Both the position numbers and the translations under genes were made by a program. Below, one piece after another: positions 1-8,996 of a DNA stretch of 29,241 nucleotides. The notes beneath the pieces were generated by a model. The model was not told the origin of the DNA and did not search any database. It saw only the letters and a list, made by a program, of their open reading frames with translations. The stretch covers positions 476,410-505,650 of the forward strand of contig JAWBBK010000001.1 in NCBI GenBank assembly GCA_038824665.1. The letters are read 5' to 3'. Each line of letters starts with the position of its first letter. The first letter of the stretch is position 1. The stretch comes from Acidilobaceae archaeon. Lineage in GTDB: Archaea; Thermoproteota; Thermoprotei_A; Sulfolobales; Acidilobaceae.

Positions 1-70
1 GCAGGAACAGACTTGATGAAGAAATACCCATGGTCTGATCCTGTGCTTCAACTAGCTGAGCCACTCAAAA

Positions 71-631
71 TCACCAGAATCTCAACAAGCCAAGAACCAG
101 ACCGACTAAACCCGATAGCACGATAAGTAGCGCTGGGTCTATTTTGAACAACTGGAAGACCAGAAAGCAGGTTATCACAATTAGAGCAGTCACAGCTACC
201 TGTGAGGGGTTGAGGTCTGAGAAAGCAGCACTGCCTATCGATATCAATGCGCCAGCTATCAGTCCTACCACAGCTCCACGAACCCCTTTAAGAACGCTTT
301 GAACTAAAGGATTATCGTAATACTTAATAAGCGCAGACGCTATAGCTATGATTATCGTAAAAGCGGGAAGAGATACTGCTGTGGTTGCGACCAGAGCTCC
401 TAGAAGCCCAGCTTTCTTGAACCCCACATATGTAGCCATGTTTAGAGATATAGGACCTGGAGTAGATTCAGCAATAGCTAACACGCTTAGGAACTCTTCC
501 TCACTAAGCCATGCTCTCTTGGTCACCACTTCATGCTTAGCTAGCGGGATCATCGTATAACCTCCTCCTATCATAAAGAATCCTATTTTGAAGAACACAG
601 TGAAGAGATCGACCAGTAGTTTAACATCCAA
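71..631 (-). CDS. chrA: Short-chain chromate ion transporter (CHR family)
   Basis: 186 aa hydrophobic protein with FFKIGFFMIGGGY, AESTPGP and YVGFKKAG motifs typical of CHR monodomain proteins. Confidence 0.85.
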   Translation of the reverse strand: MDVKLLVDLFTVFFKIGFFMIGGGYTMIPLAKHEVVTKRAWLSEEEFLSVLAIAESTPGPISLNMATYVGFKKAGLLGALVATTAVSLPAFTIIIAIASALIKYYDNPLVQSVLKGVRGAVVGLIAGALISIGSAAFSDLNPSQVAVTALIVITCFLVFQLFKIDPALLIVLSGLVGLVLGLLRFW

Positions 632-694
632 AGTAGATAACCCGCATCAATAATTGCAAAGCTTAGAGACTAAAGAACATTATCTTAAAAAGCT

Positions 695-2236
695 TCAGCC
701 TCTAGGCCAATATCTTTCATATATGCCGATAGCCTCTCTCGCTACTGGTTCCACGTAAGCCCAAGGATCTATAGACTTGATCGCCACCGATTCGAGCACA
801 AAGCTCTTGAGCCAAAGAGTTCCTAGACCTAAAAACAGACTTAAAGCAATGCCTAAAGCAAATAGCGCTACGTACGTTTTTGAACACCCGTTATTTTCAC
901 TAAGACTTCTTGAGGAGACTCTGAGGATCGCTAGAAGAGACGCTACGCTACTGATCGCTACTGAAGGCATGAAGAGAAAGAGAGCTAAAGGCTTGTCTAC
1001 AAGCGCTAAGAGCGCTAGCAGTTTTGAAAAGAAGCTAGAGAAAGGAGGCACACCAGCTGCTGCCATAGCTCCGCTGATCACAACATAACTTCGTTTTTCT
1101 CTCTCCAGCAGTCCGCGCAAAGAGAAAAGAGCTATGGTTAGAACTGCATGACTGACCGCTAGGTACAAGAACGCTTCTATAACTTCGAGTTCTCCAACAG
1201 ACAAAACTGCAAACATGATCCCAGCGTCCATAATTAAGTAGTAGGCCAGCATCCTCCCAAAGCTTTTCTCCGCTAGGATCGATAGAGCTCCATAAATGAT
1301 CCCAGCTACTCCTAGAACGAATAGAGTTCCTCTAAGCACTACAAATATTTCTTCAGAGCCTAACTGTTCGAAATGTAATGTGTAGAAGTTTCTAATAACG
1401 ACGTAGACCGCTACGACCTCTTTGCCTCCAGCTAAGAGCATAGCTGTTGGTGGTGAGATCCTCTCGTAGAGGTCTGGCATCCAAAAGTGTAGAGGAAAGA
1501 GTCCAGCAGAAAGTCCAAACGCTATCGCTACGCTCATCATAAGAAGCCCTGTAGCGAGTTCTGTATTTCCGAAAACGCCTCCACTGAGTCCTGACATCCC
1601 TTGAGAGTACTTTAGCTTATAAATGTAGTCGGGAAAGCTTAAAGTACCGTAGGACCCATATACTGTTAGAACCACAACGAACATGTAAAGCGTGGTAACC
1701 AAAGTAGAACTAAGAGCATACTTTAAAATCGCTCGAGCTACTCCACGATCAGAACTTCCCACTATAGCCAGTCCAACGCTGGCTATGCTCACTACCTCCC
1801 ACGTGACGAAGAGATGGAAGAAGTCAGCAGCGAAAAGAGCTCCCAAAAGTCCTGCTTCAAGAACTAATGCAAACGTTTGAAATAAGATCTTGCGTTCAGA
1901 AGACTCTATTGAAGTCCACGAAACTATAACGCCAACTGTAACTACTAAGATTATAAGCAGAGCTAGCGAGAAGCTCAAAGAGTCCGCTATATAGACTACA
2001 CCGAGAGGCGGAGGCCAGCCTCCGTACATGTAAACTAAAGGCTCTTCTCCTTTAAGAACAGTGTGAATAAAACCTGAAACCACAGTCGTGAAAACAAAGG
2101 TCTGTGCGATCGAGAAAACGGCTATAGCGTAAAGAGTTCGAAACCTATTAGGTAATAACAAACTTAATGCTCCCGCAAAGCCAGCTAGGACGAGCACTAT
2201 AGGAGCTATGAGAGCGATCTCCTTCATAGATTCCAC
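695..2236 (-). CDS. mnhD: Mrp/Mnh antiporter subunit D / MbhH-like proton-translocating membrane subunit
   Basis: 513 aa multi-TM protein; GGWPPPLG, FHLFVTWEV, GLFPLHFWMPD and GVPPFSSFFSK motifs of the NuoL/M/N-MrpA/D family. Confidence 0.85.
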   Translation of the reverse strand: MESMKEIALIAPIVLVLAGFAGALSLLLPNRFRTLYAIAVFSIAQTFVFTTVVSGFIHTVLKGEEPLVYMYGGWPPPLGVVYIADSLSFSLALLIILVVTVGVIVSWTSIESSERKILFQTFALVLEAGLLGALFAADFFHLFVTWEVVSIASVGLAIVGSSDRGVARAILKYALSSTLVTTLYMFVVVLTVYGSYGTLSFPDYIYKLKYSQGMSGLSGGVFGNTELATGLLMMSVAIAFGLSAGLFPLHFWMPDLYERISPPTAMLLAGGKEVVAVYVVIRNFYTLHFEQLGSEEIFVVLRGTLFVLGVAGIIYGALSILAEKSFGRMLAYYLIMDAGIMFAVLSVGELEVIEAFLYLAVSHAVLTIALFSLRGLLEREKRSYVVISGAMAAAGVPPFSSFFSKLLALLALVDKPLALFLFMPSVAISSVASLLAILRVSSRSLSENNGCSKTYVALFALGIALSLFLGLGTLWLKSFVLESVAIKSIDPWAYVEPVAREAIGIYERYWPRG

Positions 2237-2761
2237 CTAGTCTATGATCTTTCTGACAAGTTCTTCCATCCGACCTACTATCTTGTTCTTAGCCTCTACA
2301 TCGTCTAAAGTCGTAGGATTAAGCCAGTGGACATAAAGCGTTCCTCTCGACCCTTCGTTTTTCAGGTCTATTACAACGGTCCCAGGGGTGTTAGTTATCA
2401 AGTGAGCTAGAGCTACCAAAACGTATTCGCCCCCCTCGACTTCTATAGAGACTATTGCTGCATCAGCTTTGCTACGAGGGTCTATTACAGCTTTAGCCAC
2501 ATCGAGATGTGATTCTATTAAAGCCTTTAAGTAGAACAGAGACAGGCTAAGAAGCGAAGCAATTCTGTTAACATCTAAAACCTTGTATGGATTGAATACA
2601 AGAAATCCGGAAAGAGCGATCGCTATGAACAACGTAACCACCATAGCTTCGATAAGCGTCTCTTCAAGCATTTCGCGAGGAGGGAAAGCTATTCCTAAGT
2701 AGACGATCGAGAAAAGCGTCCACAAGATCAGGATTCTGAGAACTCTCTCCTTGACCCTTAT
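2237..2761 (-). CDS. mnhE: Mrp/Mnh antiporter subunit E
   Basis: SHLDVAK, LAHLITNTPGT and LYVHW motifs. The ORF track starts at TTG 2725, but the frame stays open to ATA at 2761, which overlaps the mnhC stop and has GGTGG 6 nt upstream; start uncertain. Confidence 0.85.
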   Translation of the reverse strand: MRVKERVLRILILWTLFSIVYLGIAFPPREMLEETLIEAMVVTLFIAIALSGFLVFNPYKVLDVNRIASLLSLSLFYLKALIESHLDVAKAVIDPRSKADAAIVSIEVEGGEYVLVALAHLITNTPGTVVIDLKNEGSRGTLYVHWLNPTTLDDVEAKNKIVGRMEELVRKIID

Positions 2762-3126
2762 GATTCGCCACCTTCTTCATAGCTCGACTCGAGAGTCAGA
2801 AAAGTCATTAATATCAGCGAAGCTAGCCCTATCACTAGAGCCGTTAGTACAAGACATTGGGTTAGCGGATCGACAGCTCTCGACGTCACCTCGTTGGGAG
2901 AGATCTCTCCCGTTATAGCGAAGATAGGCGGTAACGGACTCTTATCGATAATCCTATAGCCTAAAAACACTATAAAGATACACACAATGTCGGTAAACAT
3001 AGAGAACGCTATTATCTTGCTAAGAGAGTGAGTTCTAGCGATAACACCATAGAGAGCAATTGACATAGACGCGATGATGCTTGTGTAAGCTAGAACTCTG
3101 AACACAGCTTCTTCCATTACTTCCAC
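2758..3126 (-). CDS. mnhC: Mrp/Mnh antiporter subunit C (MbhG-like)
   Basis: 122 aa, about 3 TM, VDPLTQCLVLTALVIG (family motif DPLPQALVLTAIVI). Confidence 0.85.
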   Translation of the reverse strand: MEVMEEAVFRVLAYTSIIASMSIALYGVIARTHSLSKIIAFSMFTDIVCIFIVFLGYRIIDKSPLPPIFAITGEISPNEVTSRAVDPLTQCLVLTALVIGLASLILMTFLTLESSYEEGGES

Positions 3127-4169
3127 CTCAGCTTCTCTTTGAGAGCTACAGTTACCTCTGGGGGAGCCAAAAGGAACAAGAAGGTTAACGAGAAACCGCT
3201 AGCTACTATAACGGCTTCAAGAATATCAAACACCTTTATTGACGCAGTCAGATGTAAGGGACCCCAGCTCAACTCGAAACCCTTGAAGTCTAACCATGGC
3301 TTAGCCTGATTCTGTAAAGCTGCTCCTCCTAAAGCGATAGGTATGAGAGCTACAATCGCTAATATGGTCACACATAACACTAAAGCCGTCGTAAGCCTCC
3401 ACTCCGTGAAGCCTAAACGTTCGTACACACCGGAAAACGCTGCCATAAGCATAGCGGGAGCTACAGCTAAAGCTATACCGCTTTGAAAACCTCCTCCTGG
3501 AAGAAACTTAGACAACAGTAGAGCTGATGACATAACTACGACTAGAGCGGCAACGATCTTTAGACCTATTTTGGGTATTGGGGAGAGCTCTGCTCTATAG
3601 ATCTTGTCCGCTCTACTCCATAACAGCTTAAACGAAGCTACGCTTGCTACTATGGCAGTTGATAGCACTACGAGCTCAAAGAGTGTGTCTACGCCTCTAT
3701 AATCCCAGAGGATCGAAACCACGACTCTCTGCTCCTTACTCCACCACTCCTTAGCTGTCGAGTTGTATGCTATCCTCAGATAGGTGCTCCCTAGATCTTT
3801 AAGCTCGTCAGAAGGAGAGCCTCCAGTCACGTTATAAACAAATATTGCAGAGATTAACAGAAAAGTCAAAAGGGCTAAAACGACGCCAGTAGAGAGTTCA
3901 AACGTTTTCGCTCTTCTTTCATTGCTTTCATGTCTTCTCATCACCATAAGCGCGCTTATGAAGAGAATAGAGTAAGCTCCTACACCTATCGAGAGGTAGA
4001 CCAAGACGAGCTCAGGAGCTTGAAGCGTCACTAAGATCATCAGTAACGAGAGCGATTGAAGAGAGGATTTGATTATAGCTTTCATAACGTCCTTCTCGAT
4101 GACTGTAAACAGCGTTACTATAGGACACACCATAAGAAAATAGAGCATAATTATCTCATCAAGTCTCAC
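3117..4169 (-). CDS. mnhB: Fused DUF4040(MbhD)/MbhE-like/MnhB antiporter subunit
   Basis: N-terminal LQAPELVL (DUF4040-like), central VVSILWDYRGVDTLFE, C-terminal PGGGFQSG (MnhB); GTGA overlap with mnhG. Confidence 0.8.
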   Translation of the reverse strand: MRLDEIIMLYFLMVCPIVTLFTVIEKDVMKAIIKSSLQSLSLLMILVTLQAPELVLVYLSIGVGAYSILFISALMVMRRHESNERRAKTFELSTGVVLALLTFLLISAIFVYNVTGGSPSDELKDLGSTYLRIAYNSTAKEWWSKEQRVVVSILWDYRGVDTLFELVVLSTAIVASVASFKLLWSRADKIYRAELSPIPKIGLKIVAALVVVMSSALLLSKFLPGGGFQSGIALAVAPAMLMAAFSGVYERLGFTEWRLTTALVLCVTILAIVALIPIALGGAALQNQAKPWLDFKGFELSWGPLHLTASIKVFDILEAVIVASGFSLTFLFLLAPPEVTVALKEKLRWK

Positions 4170-4534
4170 GTAGTCTCACCTCTTTTTTCGCTAAGAGAGT
4201 CTTTGAGAAGTCTAACGGGCTTGACTTCACCGCTTCTGTACGCTGCTCTAGCTACTGCATGAGAAGCAATAGGAGCTACGAGCGTCACTACAACCGATGT
4301 GAACAGACTACCGCCGAATATCGCTAAACGAACGCTACCGAGTTCCTCAAGACTTAATGCTATGAGAGCAGACCCCACTAGAGGGACTGCAGCTCCTCCT
4401 ATAGCTCCTATAGTAGCAGCGTGAAGCCTTGTGTAGAAGTCTGGCAACCTCACTAGTCCTAGAGCCGCTATTAGGTCTAATATCGCTCCTAAGACTACGA
4501 GCGCTAGACCTAAGAGCCCTAATACCTCGATCAA
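4166..4534 (-). CDS. mnhG: Mrp/Mnh antiporter subunit G
   Basis: GLVRLPDFYTRLHAAT and APIASHAVARAAY motifs; TTGA overlap with mnhF. Confidence 0.92.
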   Translation of the reverse strand: MIEVLGLLGLALVVLGAILDLIAALGLVRLPDFYTRLHAATIGAIGGAAVPLVGSALIALSLEELGSVRLAIFGGSLFTSVVVTLVAPIASHAVARAAYRSGEVKPVRLLKDSLSEKRGETT

Positions 4535-4830
4535 CTCGTTTCCGACCTCCTTCTTGCAACGGACTCTAGGTATTTCGCTACGTAGAGATCTAACGTAAAG
4601 GTTAGTAGAACCAAAAAGAACGAAGCTACCGTAGGATAGTAGGAGCCTAAGTATAGAGCGAGAACGACCAAAAAGAAGCAGGTGTTGAAAGAGAAACTGG
4701 AAAGAGCTAAAACCATGTCGGGAACCGTTGGTCCTTTTATTATCCTAAATATATACAATGATGATGAAACTAAGTAAATAGGTAAGACAACATATGTGAA
4801 ACATAAATCCACAAGCGTCTTTAAGTCCAA
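4531..4830 (-). CDS. mnhF: Mrp/Mnh antiporter subunit F
   Basis: 99 aa, about 3 TM, RIIKGPTVPD and VAKYLE motifs; GAGGG upstream of TTG. Confidence 0.88.
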   Translation of the reverse strand: MDLKTLVDLCFTYVVLPIYLVSSSLYIFRIIKGPTVPDMVLALSSFSFNTCFFLVVLALYLGSYYPTVASFFLVLLTFTLDLYVAKYLESVARRRSETS

Positions 4831-5070
4831 CTGACTACCCTCGCAGAGACTGTACCTTCTACAAAAGCTTTCAAGTTGTTTTAGTTGCTGCGCGTACTTG
4901 AAATTGAGATAGGCATCAAGTGTATCAGGAAAGACTCGATAACGACAGAACAGCTACGGAGGAAGACTGAAAGACATACACAACTCTCGAGACCTACAAT
5001 AAGTGAATACTGAGGAAGAAACCCACGTCGACCTTATCTAGCGGACGCAGACAACCGCTCCCAATCAGGT

Positions 5071-6390
5071 CTAAATCTCATAAAAGTTGTACAATAACGA
5101 TAACCCTCCCACTATTAGAGCTAAGGAGAGAAGAGCTATAGAGACCAGAGGTCGAAGCGTTATCTCTCCTTTTCTCTTCGTTTCCCCGGTCCACACTATG
5201 TAAATGAAGCTTGTGGTAAGAGATGTCGCTAAAACGAAACACATCGCGAGAAATATGGTAATAGCTCCTGAAAGCAGAGACCCTGAAGGAGATAGCAATA
5301 CTACGAAGAGTTCGCTGAAGAACTTGAGAGAAGGAGGTGAGGGGAGTATCATAAAAAGAAGTGTGAGACCTAAGAAGTAGACTAGGGGGTCAGACTTCAC
5401 ACTACCTCTAAGCATCTCGAGATTTGAGCTACCGGAAGTTTTTTCGAGAACCCCCAAAAGAGTGAACCAAGCAGATTTGGATAATATGTACGCGATCGTG
5501 TAATACACAGCCGTTTCGAATAGACTAGAGACGCCTTCTGAGTTCTTGAAGAAACTACTCGCTAAGATCAGAAGAACGGAGTTGGTATAGATTATAGACG
5601 AAAACGCTAAGAGTTCTCTAGAACTCTTTGACGATAGTCCTTGGAGAGCTGAGTAGACCGCTGAAACAAGCCCTAAGCTTAGGAAGAGGAGAGTCGTTAC
5701 AAAGACCTCGTTAGACTCTGAGAGTGTTGGAATCATAAGAGTTTTACCCACTATCTTGAGCAAAAAGAACATAGTGGCTCCTTCGAGACAAACAGCTACT
5801 GCTCCTAGATGAGAAGGAAGAGCTGAATAGACTAGGACGAGCCAGAAGTGAAGAGGAACTATAGGAAGCTTTAGTAGTAATCCTAGAGCTACGAGAATTC
5901 CGGCTACTAAAGACCCTTCTCTAGTTACTTCGTTTATCCAAAAGCTACCTGTATCCAAATAAGCTATGAGGACTCCAAGAGCCACCAACATTCCTGAAGC
6001 CACAGTAAAGACAGCTAGAAGCGTTGCTGCTTTGCGACTCTCGACAGAGTTCTCGCTAGAAAAGAAGAGGTAGAGGATAAGAGGAAAGCTGGAGAGTTCG
6101 TAGAAGATCAACCATAAAATGAGGTGGTCCGAGCTAACAGCTAAAGCTAAAAGCAATCCCGTAGAGACTATTAGAGCTGAGCTTCTCGCCTTCAGTTCAA
6201 CTTCGAAATCCGTTGCTGAAAGAGCTACTGTAGCTAAAACTAAAGCTATTGTAGCAACGAACAGCAAAGCTTCTCGCTCGTAACTTATGAAAGCAAAGCT
6301 CTCAAAAACTCTGTCGAACGCTGAAACAGACATGAGAGACAAAAGCTCTGTCAACGTAGCTTCTAACTCGGTCACGTTCCAAAAGCGCAT
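5071..6390 (-). CDS. NuoM/MrpD-like antiporter-type membrane subunit
   Basis: 439 aa multi-TM; IFYELSS, LLKLPIVPLHFWL, LLAFSS and PPSLKFFSE (TM12 Glu as in NuoM). Confidence 0.75.
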   Translation of the reverse strand: MRFWNVTELEATLTELLSLMSVSAFDRVFESFAFISYEREALLFVATIALVLATVALSATDFEVELKARSSALIVSTGLLLALAVSSDHLILWLIFYELSSFPLILYLFFSSENSVESRKAATLLAVFTVASGMLVALGVLIAYLDTGSFWINEVTREGSLVAGILVALGLLLKLPIVPLHFWLVLVYSALPSHLGAVAVCLEGATMFFLLKIVGKTLMIPTLSESNEVFVTTLLFLSLGLVSAVYSALQGLSSKSSRELLAFSSIIYTNSVLLILASSFFKNSEGVSSLFETAVYYTIAYILSKSAWFTLLGVLEKTSGSSNLEMLRGSVKSDPLVYFLGLTLLFMILPSPPSLKFFSELFVVLLSPSGSLLSGAITIFLAMCFVLATSLTTSFIYIVWTGETKRKGEITLRPLVSIALLSLALIVGGLSLLYNFYEI

Positions 6391-6396
6391 AGAGCT

Positions 6397-7317
6397 TCAC
6401 CTAGCTACAAACATGATCCATAGAGTCAAGGTCACCACTAACGCTATGAGAGCTAGCACGTGATAACTGAAGTCTGCTCTCGCATAGCTTTCAGCTATGC
6501 GCTGAAGACGAAAAACAATGTCTTCAGATATGAGATAGACTCCTCTATAGCTCTCTTCGAGCTTTCTAGAGCTTTGAAAGACTTTTAATAGAGTCCTCCT
6601 AAAGTGACTAGAAACAGTTAGCGTAGTTAAGAGCACTACGTTTAGCATAAGTAGAGAGATCCCTTCTAAGAGTTTGTAAGCTAACTCAGCAACGGTCGGA
6701 ACTAAATTTAGCATAAGTAGAGAGATCCCTTCTAAGAGTTTGTAAGCTAACTCAGCAACGGTCGGAACTAAAGTCACGAAAACCGAGGCACTCTTCAAAC
6801 GCTCTAAGAGATACAACTCTAAGCTCTTTCTGTCTAACTTAAACACAAACAAGATGATAGTTAGTATCGTTGCTAGAAAAAAGGAAATAAACGGGTTATA
6901 GCGGTGAAGCAAAGCCATCGTAGCAACTAGAGACCAAACTGATGAAAACACAAAAGTTTTGAGAAGTCTGAAGCTTAAGACCGAGCTTTTGTAATCTGCA
7001 GAAGTCAACAAAAGTCCTAACGTCGATATAGCTACAAGAGCAAAAGTGAGAATCGACTCTAGCTTTATGTGAGTTAATACTACAGCGTAGTAAGGAACGG
7101 CTAGCAGTGTGAATACAGCTATCCCTTCTAGCACTATCACGCTAGGTTCTACAACCTCTTCTCTTAGGCCTTTAGCTAAAGACGTTAGATAAGCTGAGAG
7201 AGCTAGAGATATTAAGAGTTCTTGAGCTAAGTGATCGCCAAGTAATGCTATAGGAACAGTGACTACCGCTAGAAGCGTCAGAGCCTTTTCGGTTAAGTCG
7301 AGCAATCTCGAAATCAA
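6397..7317 (-). CDS. Hypothetical multi-pass membrane protein, possible lateral-helix subunit of the antiporter module; contains a 22-aa tandem duplication
   Basis: 306 aa hydrophobic; long amphipathic stretch followed by a single C-terminal TM; 6 bp from the next gene. Confidence 0.6.
   Translation of the reverse strand: MISRLLDLTEKALTLLAVVTVPIALLGDHLAQELLISLALSAYLTSLAKGLREEVVEPSVIVLEGIAVFTLLAVPYYAVVLTHIKLESILTFALVAISTLGLLLTSADYKSSVLSFRLLKTFVFSSVWSLVATMALLHRYNPFISFFLATILTIILFVFKLDRKSLELYLLERLKSASVFVTLVPTVAELAYKLLEGISLLMLNLVPTVAELAYKLLEGISLLMLNVVLLTTLTVSSHFRRTLLKVFQSSRKLEESYRGVYLISEDIVFRLQRIAESYARADFSYHVLALIALVVTLTLWIMFVAR
6641..6772. repeat. Perfect 66-bp tandem duplication (2 copies)
   Basis: 6641-6706 is identical to 6707-6772 (tttagcataagtag...gtcggaactaaa); encodes LVPTVAELAYKLLEGISLLMLN twice. 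Confidence 0.97.
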
Positions 7318-7329
7318 TACGATTGCCCT

Positions 7330-7884
7330 CTAGATGTTCTTAGTCTCTCCGCTTGCACTCATATAGCTAGACCTCCATATGTGAAATGGTACCCGGTACG
7401 AGGAGGGATCAGGTGGGGTCGTTCCTTCTTTAACGTAAGAGGCTTCTACACGTCCTACTACAAACCTGTGATCGCCTCCTAAATCAATATCGCTATGTAG
7501 TCTAGCCTCGATCACAGCTACTGATTCAGCGATCACTGGTGCTTTAAGAAGTCTAGCGCGAATCTTTGTAAGCCCTGCTGTAGAGATCTTGTCTTTGACC
7601 TCTCTACCCGTAGTCCATCCAAAGAAGTTAATCTTGTCTACTAGCTCCCATGGCAAAAAACAGAGCGCGAACTCTTTGGTCTCAGAGATCTTCTCATAAG
7701 TGTATCTCTCAGACGATATCGCTACGCCAACTAGAGGAGGGCTTCTAGAGATGGGAGTGAGCCACGATGCAGCCATAGCACTATAGTCCTCCCAAGTACC
7801 CGATACTACAACAGCTACCGGTCTCGGATGTAACAAATAGACCCAGTTCCTCAAAGGAAAGTCCTTGAAGTTCGTTGAGGACAA
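7330..7884 (-). CDS. Flavin reductase-like protein (flavoredoxin/DIM6-NTAB family)
   Basis: LLHPRPVAVV, MAASWLTPIS..PPLVGVAI and GDHRFVVG motifs. Confidence 0.88.
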   Translation of the reverse strand: MSSTNFKDFPLRNWVYLLHPRPVAVVVSGTWEDYSAMAASWLTPISRSPPLVGVAISSERYTYEKISETKEFALCFLPWELVDKINFFGWTTGREVKDKISTAGLTKIRARLLKAPVIAESVAVIEARLHSDIDLGGDHRFVVGRVEASYVKEGTTPPDPSSYRVPFHIWRSSYMSASGETKNI

Positions 7885-7931
7885 TTTGTTCTACCCTCAA
7901 CGGGTAAAGCTGAGAAAACATATAAATTACG

Positions 7932-8996
7932 CTAGGCTAGACCGAGTCTAACCATGAGCTCCGCTATAAGGACTCCGGTACCCGCTGCCCCTCGAATTGT
8001 ATTGCTGCCCAAAACTACGTATTTGACTCCTCCCAAAGCTTCGTCAGCTCTAAGCCTACCTACCACGACGCTCATACCGTTACCCTCTAGTCTGTCTAAT
8101 CTAGGCTGAGGTCTATCGATCTCCTTTCTTACCACAATGGGTTTGATTGGCTTAGAGGGAAGGTCTAAGCTCTTGATCTTGTTCGTACGGAACTCCTCAA
8201 GAGCTCTAGCGATCTCTTCGAGACTGGCTTTCCTCTCTAGCTCAACAAACACAGACTCTGTGTGACCTTCTAAGACTGGAACTCTACAACAGGTTGCAGA
8301 GACCTTGATGTCTGTTCTAGGGCTTATCTCGTTTGAGTTCGAGAACCCTAAGATCTTCAGCGACTCTTTTTCTACTTTTTCCTCCTCTTTTTCAATATAC
8401 GGTATTATGTTGTCTAATATGGCCATAGCTGCTAATCCCTTTAGTCCAGCTCCAGAAACAGCTTGCATTGTCGACACTATGACCCTCTTCACTCCGAACT
8501 CGTCTAGAAGCGGCTTGAGAGACAACGTGAGAATAGCTGTAGTACAGTTGGGAACCTTTACTATAGCTCCGCTCCACCCTCTTCTTCTGCGCTGAGCTTC
8601 AAGAACTTCGATATGATCTGCATTGACTTCAGGATTTAACAGAGGAACATCAGGGTCTAGTCTCATGTTGCTAGCGTTAGATATAACGATAACTCCTCTT
8701 TTAACTAGCTCTAGTTCAACCTCCTGAGCTATCTCCGCAGGAAGAGCTGAGAAGGCTATCTCAACGCCTTCTTTTACTATAGAGTCTGGAGAGGTCTCAA
8801 GCACTGTGATATCCTTGATGTGTTCTGGGAAGGGGGCTTCTATAGCCCACTCAACTGTATCTCCGTATTTGAGTCCAACGCTTCTCTCAGAACCTGTAAG
8901 GACTTCTAGACTAAACCAGGGATGTCTTGCAAGTAAAGACACGAACCTCTGGCCTACGAGACCTCCTGCGCCTAAAACAGCCACTCTTCTCTTCAA
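7932..8996 (-). CDS. asd: Aspartate-semialdehyde dehydrogenase
   Basis: VLGAGGLVGQ, PNCTT (catalytic Cys), QAVSGAG, RVPVLEGH and NTIRGAAG motifs. Confidence 0.97.
   Translation of the reverse strand: MKRRVAVLGAGGLVGQRFVSLLARHPWFSLEVLTGSERSVGLKYGDTVEWAIEAPFPEHIKDITVLETSPDSIVKEGVEIAFSALPAEIAQEVELELVKRGVIVISNASNMRLDPDVPLLNPEVNADHIEVLEAQRRRRGWSGAIVKVPNCTTAILTLSLKPLLDEFGVKRVIVSTMQAVSGAGLKGLAAMAILDNIIPYIEKEEEKVEKESLKILGFSNSNEISPRTDIKVSATCCRVPVLEGHTESVFVELERKASLEEIARALEEFRTNKIKSLDLPSKPIKPIVVRKEIDRPQPRLDRLEGNGMSVVVGRLRADEALGGVKYVVLGSNTIRGAAGTGVLIAELMVRLGLA

Noticed and set aside
1-126. Possible truncated gene at the window start (plus frames ending at 38 or 126, or a minus-strand start for a second CHR subunit)
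   Set aside because: Several short frames are open, none has a recognisable motif, and the frame cannot be chosen
348-4559. Plus-strand ORFs 348-560, 777-1088, 1692-1880, 4056-4262 and 4347-4559
   Set aside because: Antisense shadows of well-supported membrane protein genes, with no motifs
6641-6772. Tandem repeat as a CRISPR-like array
   Set aside because: Two abutting copies with no spacer, in frame inside a CDS, and no cas genes in the window
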